DNA from: Raja brachyura
Lineage: Eukaryota
Assembly (NCBI GenBank): GCA_963514005.1
Contig: OY740821.1
Span: forward strand, 14,198,001-14,262,000
Length of the DNA stretch: 64,000 bases
Direction: 5' to 3'
In this document: positions 13,701 through 24,018 of the stretch, in pieces
Position numbering within the stretch: position 1 is the first letter of the stretch
How the letters are laid out: each line of letters starts with the position of its first letter
The notes under the pieces: generated by a model
The model's database searches: none
What the model was told of the DNA's origin: nothing
Seen by the model: the letters and a program-made list of their open reading frames with translations, nothing else
Translations under genes and position numbers: made by a program

Positions 13701-14795
13701 AACAACAACATGGTGTGTGCTGGAGGTGACGGCATCATTGCTGGTTGTCAGGTAATAAACGTAGATGCTCTCTTACAATGGAAGAGGCATCATCTTTCTT
13801 CTGAGCCATTAGAATGAGGTTTTGTCTGGCTTTGTGGGAGGACGTAAAAGATCACGACTATTTTAAAAAGGAGCAGGGGAATTCTCCCCTGTGTTCTGCA
13901 GCAATATCTAACTCGCAATTAACACAAGCAAAACAAATTATTTGGTCAATGTCACAGTTCTGTTTCTATGTGCAAACTGGCTGCAAAACACTTTGGAATA
14001 CTTTGAGGTTATGAAAGGGCCTATGTAAATGCAACTTTTTCATTATTTCCTTTGCTGTCAGCAAGAAATTGCTGACACATTACGGTTCTTACTTAGTTTC
14101 CATTTTCCTTTCAAGTATTTCTCTTCTTTTTCCTCAATACCATTTTTTTTCTTTCTCTGTTCCTCCCTGTTCCTTTTCCCTTTTTTGTATTACTCTTGAT
14201 TTCAATTACCTTTTAAAATGTAATAATATATTTTATAAACCAGTCTGAGAGATTGAAAATAATGATTTCACCAACTTTCCTCAAAGGGAGATTCTGGAGG
14301 TCCTCTGAATTGTGAGCAGAATGGTATTTACTATGTCCATGGAGCCACAAGCTTTGTAGCTGCAGCAGGATGTGACACATACATGAAACCAACAGTATGG
14401 ACCCGCGTCTCAGCTTACATCGACTGGATCAATACTGTACGTTAGCTTTTGATTTTCATTATATTTTTATATTCTATAAAAGATGCTGCCAGATAAATAT
14501 TCTGATTTAGCACATCTTGCACAGAGCTTTCTGTGATGAGATCGCAGGACACATCTTGTCATGGTGGAAACCGAAATGGAAAATCTGATGTGTAAAATCT
14601 CCAGAAAATAATGTAAATAAGGTGTTCCCCAACCTTTCACTAATGTTGCGGGGAGAGGTTGGGAAACTCTCACGGAAATTCTCCCTCTCACAACACATCT
14701 GTAAGGGACAAGTTCCTGTTCAGACCCAAATTGAAGCGTTTCACAATAAATAAATGCAATCCTGTTTTATTTTCCAGAAAATCGCTTTGTATTAA
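7721..14795 (+). CDS. CELA1: Chymotrypsin-like elastase 1 (pancreatic elastase-1), copy A, 259 aa: join(7721..7760,9487..9554,9729..9826,11502..11624,12731..12867,13606..13751,14287..14436,14778..14795)
   Basis: Signal peptide [16 protein letters not shown], activation site ENNR|VIGG, TAAHC (His57), NDIAL (Asp102), GCQGDSGGP (Ser195), SFV (Val216), KPTV (Thr226). Eight mature-chain Cys and no Cys122 (VQLGNLP). All introns are GT-AG with consistent phases. The CDS is 780 nt and ends KIALY*. AATAAA at 14906. Confidence 0.93.
8157..8720 (-). mobile_element. CR1/HER1-like LINE 3' fragment in intron 1 of copy A
   Basis: ORF 8345..8578(-) [19 protein letters not shown] is the CR1 ORF2 C-terminus. 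Absent from copy B. Confidence 0.8.
12120..12530 (+). mobile_element. RTE-like LINE 3' fragment (partial counterpart at about 32060-32222)
   Basis: [26 protein letters not shown]...CPICGRVC...IGL is an RTE ORF C-terminus, ending in an agaaga tail. Confidence 0.6.
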
Positions 14796-14796
14796 A

Positions 14797-14866
14797 TGCA
14801 GGATTGCGACGGCCAAAGTGCAGGATTGCGACGGCCAAAGTGCAGGATTGCGACGGCCAAAGTGCA
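14797..14866 (+). repeat. 22-bp tandem repeat x3 in the 3' UTR of copy A
   Basis: (tgcaggattgcgacggccaaag)x3 plus tgca. Copy B has a single unit at about 36306. Confidence 0.95.
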
Positions 14867-15554
14867 ACATGCAACCAAGGCATGTAATTCCATTAACTGG
14901 ATCACAATAAAGCAAGAAAATAAAAAAAAAATGCGTACATTATCCTGTTTGTTGCCTCTTGATTTTGATATCATTTGTATAAATGGATTGGATGCACTCC
15001 ATGCCATGAAAGATATTCTCTTTGTTCACAAAAAAAGACACAAAGTGCTGGTGTAATTCAATGGGTCAGACAGCATTTCTGGAGAACGTGGATAGCCGGT
15101 GTTTCGGGGCGGGACCATTCTTCAGACTAATTTTTGTAGGAGAAAGTTGGATGACGGGATAGGTTTGGGCAAGTGATAGGTGGATATAGATTGGGGGGGG
15201 GGGAAGTATTGATTGGCAGATGGCTGGAAAAAGGCAGAGATGAATACCCCCCCACCCCATCTCTCATGTGCAGGAATTCTGCACCAGCGCGATATCCATC
15301 GCTGCAGAGCAATGACCGGGCTGTTTTCAGTGCGTCACCTTCGACAGGAGCTGCTCCCCGTCGGACGCTGTCCCCAGGCCTGGCCCGGCCCAGCCTTCCC
15401 ACTGACGTCACCGCCAGTGGCAGCAGTGCCTCGTGACGGCATTGTCCTGCCGGAGGCTCTCGGGGAAACAGGAGGACCCCGTGGAGGAGGATCTCGGAGG
15501 ACCCGGTTGAGGAGGGAACTCTCGGGAAACAGGAGATTTTTTTTTAATTAACAA

Positions 15555-16622
15555 TTTAGGCGAGGGAATTGAATGTGACATCTCCAAGTTTGCAGATGAC
15601 ACAAAGCTGGGTGGCAGCGTGAGCTGCGATGAGGATGCTATGAGGTTGCAGGGTGACTTGGATAGGTTGGGTGAGTGGGCAGATGCAGTATAATGTGGAT
15701 AAATGTGAGGTTATCCACGTTGGTGGCAAGAACCGGAAGGCAGATTATTATCTGAATCGTGTCAGATTAGGAAAATGGGAGGTGCAACAAGACCTGGGTG
15801 TGCTTGTCACTGAAAGTAAACATGTAGGTACAGCAGGCAGTGAAGGAAACTATTGGCATGTTGGCCTTCATTGTGAGAGGATTTGAGGTCCTACTGCAGT
15901 TGTACAGGGCCCTGTTGGGACCGCACCTGGAGTATTGTCATAGAGTTATAGACTCATAGAGTGATACAGTGTGGAAACGGGCCCTTCGACCCAACTCGCC
16001 CACACCGGCCAACAATGTCCCAGCTACCCTAGTCCCACTTGCCTGCGCTTTGTCCATGACCCTCCAAAGCTGTCCTATCCATGTACCTGTCCAACTGTTT
16101 CTTAAACAATGGGATATTCCCAGCCTCAACTACCTTCTCTGGCAGCTTGTTCGATACAATTTTGTGAAAATAATTACCCCTCTGATTCCTATTAAATCTT
16201 TTCCCTTTCACCTTGAACCTATGTCCTCTGGTCCTCGAATTCCCTGGGTAAAAGACTTGTGCATCTGCCCGATCTATTCCTCTCATGATTTTATAATGTT
16301 CCTGATGTTGGGGGAATCCAGAACCGGGGGTCACAGTTTAAGAATAAGGGGTAGGCCATTTAGGACTGAGATGAGGCAACATTTTTTCACCCAAAGAGGT
16401 GTGAATCTGTGGAATTCTCTTCCACAGAAGGCTGTGAAGGCCAATTCACTGGATGTTTTCAAGAGAGAGTTAGATTTAGCTCTTAGGGCTAAAGGAATCA
16501 AGGGATATGGGGGAAAAGCAGGAACAGGGTACTGATTGTGGATGATCAGCAATGATCGCATTGAATGGTGGTGCTGGCTCGAAGGGCCGAATAGCCCACT
16601 CCTGCACCTATTTTTCTATGCT
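15555..16622 (+). mobile_element. CR1/HER1-like LINE 3' part, with a nested antisense CR1 fragment (about 15938-16292)
   Basis: [53 protein letters not shown]. Minus-strand YKIMRGIDR...RTRGHRFKVKG lies inside it. Confidence 0.85.
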
Positions 16623-16920
16623 CCTAAAAAGTGTGAGATAGAGATAACAAAGACGAAGCACAAAATGTGAAGCCAGAGGAAAGTATATATATGTGGACGG
16701 GGACAGGGGGGAAGAGATAAATGGAAGCACATCTGGGTGGGGCACAGGGAAGAGAGGGGATAAAGGGCGAAGGGGTCTGTGCTTGTAGGTTTAGTTACCT
16801 AAAATGTAAGAATTTGTTTCAGGGATCAGGCACCCTTGTGAGATGGCCTGCCTCATAGAGACAACTGAGAATAATTAGGACCTCAATGTTGGGAATGTTG
16901 GTCTGGGAAAGAAGATTGAT

Positions 16921-18395
16921 GGTGGTGGTGCAGCTGGTGGAGTTGCTGCCTCACAGCGCCAGCGACCTGGGTTTGATCTTGATCTCAGGTGCTGTCTGTG
17001 CGGAGATTGCACATTCTCTCTGTGGCTGCATGGGTTTCTGGGTGCCCCAGCTTCTTCACACATCCCTAAGATGTACGGTAGTCAAAATTGCTGTAGAAAC
17101 TCAGCGGGTGCGGCAGCATCTATGAAGCGAAGGAAATAGGCAACTTTTCGGGCCGAAACCCTTCCTCAGACTACTCCTTATCTACTCCTTCTTAAACCTA
17201 AGATGTATGGGTTTTTTAGGTTATTTTTTTGTAAATTGCCCCAAATGTGTAGGGAGTGGATGAGAAAGTGGGATAACATGGAACTAGTGTGAACGGATGA
17301 TCGATGGTTGGCGTTGACTTGGTGCATCAAATAGGTATGTTACAAAACTTACCTTGAGCAGCGCTGCAGTTCTGCCGCTCCCCGTGTGCGCAACTTTGGC
17401 GCCTTTCAGAGGGGGGCGGGCTTAAAGTGCCGTTTTTCTTCAGACTGGGCAAGTCGATCAATGTCGGGCGATTTCGTTGCGGAAGAAAAATCGCTCCGAC
17501 ATTTCATTAATGAAGGTATTTTAAAATTACGCTAGATTATTTATTATCTAGAGTAATTTTAAAATCACCTTCAAAAGCCGTGAGCGCCGATAACAGGAAG
17601 GATTTTGCGTAGTGGAGAAAAAAAGGTAAATAGTTTATTTTTATATTAAAAGTTGTTTTTTATGGAGGCTTTAATAATATTTTCATGTTGCGAAATGGGG
17701 TCCAAAAAAAATGTATGAACCGGCTGTATTTTTTATACCGACTTGACTGCAAACCACAACGTTCCAATCCACCGCATTCCACTAAAACCCACTCGCTAGT
17801 TGATTTAAATGGCCATTAATTTACAGGCATTAAACACTAAATTCCTTCCATTTGGCCCAGAAATTCATGAAAATGAGATTTAAAAATTATGTTATATTGT
17901 GGATTATTGTGTGAATGTTATTTGGACACTTGGGCAATTTAAAAAAACTTTATCTTTTCTTAGGAAATGGATAGATGTTTAGATCTACTCATTGAATTTT
18001 GTAATTAGATAACTAATTATATGCTTTAATTTCAGGTCATCCAAGTAAGATTGTTTCATATTTGTTTCAGAATGCTTCAATCTATAATAACTGGAAATTT
18101 CATTGAGTTCTCTTAATTTTTAACAAAGCTATGGGCTTTTAACGATTCTAGATCACAGCTTTTGAGTTAAGTCAATTGAAAGGCAATGGGGAACAAGATG
18201 CTAATTTCCGAGTATGAAAATGGTCATAACTTTCTTAATACTGAAGATATGAAAGTGAATTAGGTGTCAAATTAAACTTCTTTTTATGCTTTATCTGATG
18301 GGATAAATTGCAGACTTGATTTTTAAAATCTCAAAATTGTGTAACATTGCTACATCAAAGGGCCTGTTTCCTCGATGTACCCTTTAATCAATCAA
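16921..18395 (+). mobile_element. HE1/V-SINE-like SINE interrupted by a Penelope terminus (about 17080-17172) and a DNA transposon
   Basis: tRNA-like head ggtggtgcagctggtggagttgctgcctcacagcgccagcgacctgggtttgatc. The tail aaagggcctgtttcc resumes at 18353. Confidence 0.7.
17332..18352. mobile_element. Non-autonomous DNA transposon, copy 1 (imperfect TIRs, 7-bp TSD catcaaa)
   Basis: Starts TAGGTATGTTACAAAA and ends TTGTGTAACATTGCTA. catcaaa at 17325-17331 and 18353-18359. Closely similar to 30270-31304. Confidence 0.9.
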
Positions 18396-19360
18396 TTGTT
18401 AAATTGGATTGAAGGGTTAAAGCATGGATATGTGCTTTGGCATTAATCACATATCCACTACAGTTTCCAAGATTAATAAAATGTTTCTGTTATATCTGCT
18501 GAGTCAGAGCAAACTAACCTTTTCCCTGATGACTCAGTGTTAAATGCAACACCTTGTGTGTCACTGAGCCATAAAGGCCATGCCTGAGTGTGGAAAACTT
18601 GAGTTAAAAGTCAAAAGTATTGAAAGCAGTGAACATTCTGCAGACCATGCACAATGTAATCAATCAAAGGTGCACAAAGTAATCAATAGAAAGCTTGATA
18701 TTAGAATCAAATCCTCCCTTCTCCAAAGGGGTATGCTGAAGTAAGAAAGGCCAAAGATAGGCAACCACTAGTTATCAAAGTTTTTGTGAAAACTTAGGTA
18801 GAACGTCATCCAGAACAAGTCAGGATGTTTATGGGGTTGGGGCGTGGAGCTGGAAGCCTACGACGTTAAAAGTCGCTGTGGTGTAACAGCATGGTTAAAA
18901 AATGGCGGAGTAACAGAAATTAGAAGTGAAAAGTTGCTTTTTAGAGGGAACTATTGCAGTGAGGTTTCCTGGGGGCAGGACTGCAACCACTGCTTTTCTT
19001 TATATTAATCACTTGGATACAGAACAAAACTGAAAACAAAAAAAGCTTCAGAGGCAGTAACGCCCACAAGCTTTTTATTTTTGATTCTGCAGTGTAATGT
19101 TTTGGAGTGTGCTGAGTCCCAAATTTAACTCCAAGCTCACCCCGGAAAAAAAATCCCAGCCACATGGTGCTTTCCTTGTCAGTGTATTTCTATTTTCATT
19201 TCATGTTTCTGCTTTTCATCCAAATTGAGTGCAGTTGCATAGATGGTGTAATATATTGCTGTTTTAAAGGGCTGTATCATGCGATGTCAGAATGAAGAAC
19301 GAGCCTTTGCCCCTTCCAATGGGTTTGCATAATGAGCCAGGAAGAAGCTTCAAAATAAAA

Positions 19361-21505
19361 TCATAATAATCATGATCATAATCATCCTTTATTAGCCAAG
19401 TATGTTTTGCAACGTACGAGGAATTTCATTTGCCATACAGTCATACCAATAAAAAGCAACAAAATACACAAAATACATTTTAACATAAACATCCACCACA
19501 ATGACTCCTCCACATTCCTCACTGTGATGGAAGGCGGAAAAAAGTTCAATCTCTTCCCTTCTTTGCTCTCCCGCGGCCGGGGGCCTTGAGCCTTCTGTTG
19601 ATGGGACGATCTTGACTCCCGTAGCCGGCGGCGATTGGGCCCTCGCGCCGGGGTGATCAGCTCCTGCATCGGTGGGATGTCAGCTCCCCCGCGCCAAGAG
19701 TTCTGACTCCCAGGTCATGGCTTGTCAAACCTTCTGCGTCGTTGGACCCCTCGACTCGGCCTCTCCCGAGACTGCGAGCTTTCAAAAGTCCGCAGGCCGC
19801 GGTTGGAACGATCCCATGCAAGGGATCGGCTCCGATGTTAAGTCCACGCCCCGCAGTGGGGCTCAAAGTCAGTCCGAGGAGGCCTCCAGCTCCACAATGT
19901 TAGGTCGCAGAGCAACCGGAGATACGATTCGGAAAACAATCGCATCTCTGGCAAGGTACGTGATTGGGGAAAAAGGTTTACCCTGACCCCCTCCCCCTCC
20001 CTCCACATAAAACAAATCGGAGAATATTTACACAAGCTTTTTAAATGCACTCAAAGCATTTCATCATCTGTGGTGATGAAGTGCTTTGAGAGGTTGATCA
20101 TGGCGCAAATCAACTCCTACCTCGACAAAAACCTGGACCCACTGCAGTTCGCTTACCGCCACAACAGATCAACGGTGGATGCGATCTCGCTGGCCCTCCA
20201 CTCCGCTCTGGACCACTTGGACAACAAAAACTCATATGTCAGGCTGTTATTCATTGACTACAGCTCGGCATTTAACACAATCATCCCTTCCAAGCTGGTT
20301 ACCAAACGCGCAGAACTGGGTCTCTGCGCATCCCTCTGCAATTGGATCCTCGACTTCCTCATTCACAGACCACAGTCTGTTCGTATTGGTGGTAATGTGT
20401 CAGACTCGATAACAATCAGCACTGGAGCACCTCAAGGCTGCGTGCTCAGCCCCCTGCTGTACTCACTCTATACTCATGACTGCGTAGCCGGTCATAGTGC
20501 AAACTCCATCATCAAGTTCGCTGACGACACCACTGTTGTGGGACGTATCACTGATGGGGATGAGTCAGAGTATAGAAGAGAGATCGAGCGACTGTCCATA
20601 TGGTGCCAGCACAATAACCTGGCCCTCAACACCAACAAAACCAAGGAACTGATTGTGGATTTTGGAAGGAGTAGGATGGGGACCCACAGTCCTGTTTATA
20701 TCAACAGGTCGATGGTTGAAAGGGTCAAGAGCTTCACATTCCTGGGCGTGCACATCTCTGAAGATCTTTCCTGGTCCGAGAACACAGATGCAATTATTAA
20801 GACAGCTCATCAGCGCCTCTACTTCCTGAGAAGATTACGGAGAGTCGGTCTGTCAAGGAGGACTCTAACTTCTACAGGTGCACAGTAGAGAGCTTGCTGA
20901 CCGGTTGCATCGTGGCTTGGTTCGGCAACTTGAGCGCCCTGGAGAGGAAAAGACTACAAAAAGTAGTAAAAGTAGTCCATCATCGGCTCTGACCTCCCTA
21001 CCATCGAGGGGATCTATCGCAGTCACTGCCTCAAAAAGGCTGGCAGCATCATCAAGGACCCACACCATTCTGGCCGCTCACTCATCTCCCTGCTACCTTC
21101 AGGTAGAAGGTACAGGAGCCTGAGGACTCCAACGACCAGGTTCAGGAATAGCTACTTCCCTACAGCCATCAGGCTATTCAATTTGGTTCGGTCAAAACTC
21201 TGAACATTAATACCCCTTTATCTGGTATTTGCACTTTATCAATTTATTTATTCATGTGTATATTTATGTATATAATGGTATATGGACACACTGATCTGTT
21301 TTGTAGTCAATGCCTACTATGTTCTGTTGTGCTAAGCAAAGAAAGAATGTCATTGTCCTGTCAGGGACTCATGACAATAAACTCTTTTGACTTTTGACTT
21401 TTACCTTTTACTTTTGACTTTTGGACTTTGACTTTGATAAAATTAACAAAAAAATGAAAAAAGACAGACTGTTGGCGGGGCTGCCAATCGCGCGGCGCCC
21501 CCGGT
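19361..21505 (-). mobile_element. GC-rich non-autonomous retroelement (LINE-type tail), split by the Rex1 insertion
   Basis: Minus-strand 3' tail ...cttggctaataaaggatgattatgatc at about 19365-19410, GC-rich body at 19570-19990, and remainder at 21436-21505. Confidence 0.5.
20049..21435 (+). mobile_element. Rex1/Babar-clade LINE, 5'-truncated, RT ORF 20070-20888 with a frameshift near 20866
   Basis: MKCFERL...[16 protein letters not shown]...[13 protein letters not shown]...[17 protein letters not shown]...KFADDTT. 3' UTR ends atgacaataaa followed by a (ttttgac)n tail. Confidence 0.9.
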
Positions 21506-22214
21506 AAACCATGTAACTGTGGGCCAGACACTTTTATCCATTGATTTTAATTTTATCATGGCTTTTTGATGCCACACTTGCTGCCCTGACATCACAGCTA
21601 GTCACTCTTATCTCACCTCTGGGATTTGTTGAGAATAAAATTTCCTGATGTATTACAGTACTCATTAAAAGTGTTATTATCAAGTAAAAACTGGTTTTGG
21701 TTTCACACTGATATTAATGGGTATGACAATTCCCATTATATTTGCAGCTCGGTAGTTGTTCATTCACCCTTTTTTTGCAATTTTTGATTTCGGCTCGGGA
21801 GTATTGTGTTGCCTGTGGTGAGCAGTGGAGCAGGTTGCAAACCAATTAGTAAATTAATTGGTTACATTTGTATAATCAGGGATATTCATGAATAATCAAT
21901 CCGCAGGAAATGATTTTGGGGTAGAATTAACAATTTGGTAGATTCTATAATCTGAATGGAATGAATGAGCTGGATGAGTCAATGGCCCAATCTGTTCCAT
22001 GCTTTCTCATGTGTCAGTGTTATCGAGTCACACAGCACAGAATACAATCCCTTCAACCCACCACGTTCATGCTGACCATCGATCTCCACTAATCTGATTT
22101 ACCGGTTAGTCCATTGACTTCTATACCTTGGTAATTTGACTGTTTGCCTGGATAGTTCTTAAATGTTGTGAGAGAAACTATAGAGGATTTAGAGAAACAG
22201 AATGGCAGTGGGTT

Positions 22215-22939
22215 ATATGGAAGTTTTAGAGACTTAGACCTTAATTAAAAACATTTATCACAGCCAGCAGCAGAGATGTCAGCTATTTTATGTAATCAGA
22301 CATCAGCTCCATACTCATTCACGTGCTTCAGCATACTTATTCACGTGCTTGTTTGTTAGTTACTCAGCAGCACTTAATTAAGTATTTTTATTTAGTATTA
22401 AGTCTCTTTATTTAGTATTGTCTTTTTATTTAGCAAACAAGTTGCTTCTTATTTTTACTTTTACTTTTGCTTTGTACTCTTAATAAATACATTTGCATCT
22501 TTGTGTAAAACATATAAACCAATATGTAACAGTGTAATATGGTGTAACCCTGTAACAGTAGTTAAAACTTAATGGGGGCAGAAGGTAGCTGAGAGATTAG
22601 AAGTTAAACATAAGGGTGGCAAACAAGGAGAAATAATGAGGGGAGGTGTGGAGACTGAACCAAGGCCGAAACATAATGGTGGCAGGACAGAAGAGATTAG
22701 TCCTGAAGGTAGATTGATGCAAAAGGAGTACAGCATGCAGATAATGAAGCAAAGATAAGACTGAAAAACTGTAATAAAGAGCTGCCTGGTTCTGTGTATT
22801 TTTGAGCAATTAGAGAACAGGCCAAGGTGTCCTCTCTGACTGCTCCAGCCAATATTTGCAAATAAAGGCTTTTCGTCTTCTTGAAGAATTCTCTGTGTCT
22901 GTGTCATATTATCCAAATTTGAGTCTTAAAACCACAACA
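22215..22939 (+). mobile_element. Probable solo LTR upstream of copy B
   Basis: About 720 bp absent from the paralogous site near 6590. It ends ...aataaagg...gagtcttaaaaccacaaca (CA), with a degenerate inverted match at the left end (ggaagttttagagact). Confidence 0.5.
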
Positions 22940-22959
22940 AAATTCCCTCTTTTATTCCC

Positions 22960-23341
22960 TGCCCAATTCCTGTGGTCCACTGAACTGTCAGCAGGGTGGG
23001 AAGTACCATGTCATATAACCATATAACAATTACAGCACGGAAACAGGCCTTCTCGGCCCTTCCAGTCCGTGCCGACCATTTATTTTCCCCTAGTCCCATC
23101 TACCTGCACTCAGACCATACCGCTCCATTCCCTTCCCGTCCATATACCTATCCACTTTACTTTTAAATGTTAAAATCGATCCTGCCTCCACCACTTCTGC
23201 AGGAAGATCATTCCACACCACTCTCTGAGTAAAGAAGTTCCCCCTCATGTTACCCCTAAACTTCTGTCCATGGAGTGACTAACTTAATCTATGCAGGAAG
23301 ATGCAGGCTTTATATGAAACCAACAGTGTAGTCCAGAGCAG
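22960..23341 (+). pseudogene. Degenerate elastase exon-7 relic upstream of CELA1 copy B, split by an antisense CR1 fragment (about 23013-23264)
   Basis: Removing the insertion gives NSCGPLNCQQGGKYHV|HGVTNLIYAGRCRLYMKPTV*SR, compared with functional [40 protein letters not shown]. Confidence 0.75.
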
Positions 23342-23813
23342 GTGTGGAAAGCATGTTTCCTTCCCTGAGGATATTAGTGTTTATTGACAATCCGGCAGTC
23401 TTCATGGTTAGTTCATTTCTATGGCCAACCCACACATCATTATCAGTATTATTGAATTCAGTTTCACAACCTGTAGGCCAAGTTTGGAATTCGAATTACT
23501 AAGTTGTTATTCCAAGAACACAATCACTACATCACGATGTTCGAGGATGTTCTCACTCTTCATTACACAGTTGCAGCAAAACAGAGTGAGACCCCATCCC
23601 ACAAAGGAGCAAAGGAAGATCAAAGTGTAGGTGTCCTATTTGGACTCATACATTTACAATAGCATTGGCAGAGGATCGGCAGCAGGTCCTTTTTGCCAAA
23701 GACAACAACGGGGTGACTGCGAAAAAGATAATGGAAATAAACACTGCACAAGGTTTTCAGTTTTTCCTGACATAGGCACATTAACCTATTTCTGTTTTGG
23801 AACAGAAACTGAT

Positions 23814-23833
23814 ATCACCTGTAGAGTTTCTCA
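23814..23833 (+). promoter_or_regulatory. PTF1 bipartite site, CELA1 copy B
   Basis: atCACCTGtagagTTTCTCA, with the same spacing as in copy A. Confidence 0.7.
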
Positions 23834-23971
23834 TACTATCAATTCTGGCAGCCCCAAATAATGTCCAATGCTTATCTTTTACTGTTAAATATCAACATTG
23901 TGGTTTTCTCATGGTTACGAAATGAGCTGAAAGTCTATCCAGTTTACGGCAAGTGTCTGATATGATCTGTG

Positions 23972-23978
23972 TATAAAT
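23972..23978 (+). promoter_or_regulatory. TATA box of CELA1 copy B
   Basis: TATAAAT about 50 bp upstream of the ATG. Confidence 0.75.
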
Positions 23979-24018
23979 GCTGGGCCATGCAGTCAAAACG
24001 TTCTACAATACATCTGCT

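Noticed and set aside
14797-14866. CRISPR-like repeat
   Set aside because: Units are directly adjacent with no spacers, in a vertebrate 3' UTR.
20070-20888. Longest ORF (272 aa, reverse transcriptase) as a host gene or retron-like system
   Set aside because: It is a 5'-truncated, frameshifted Rex1/Babar LINE with a typical 3' tail.
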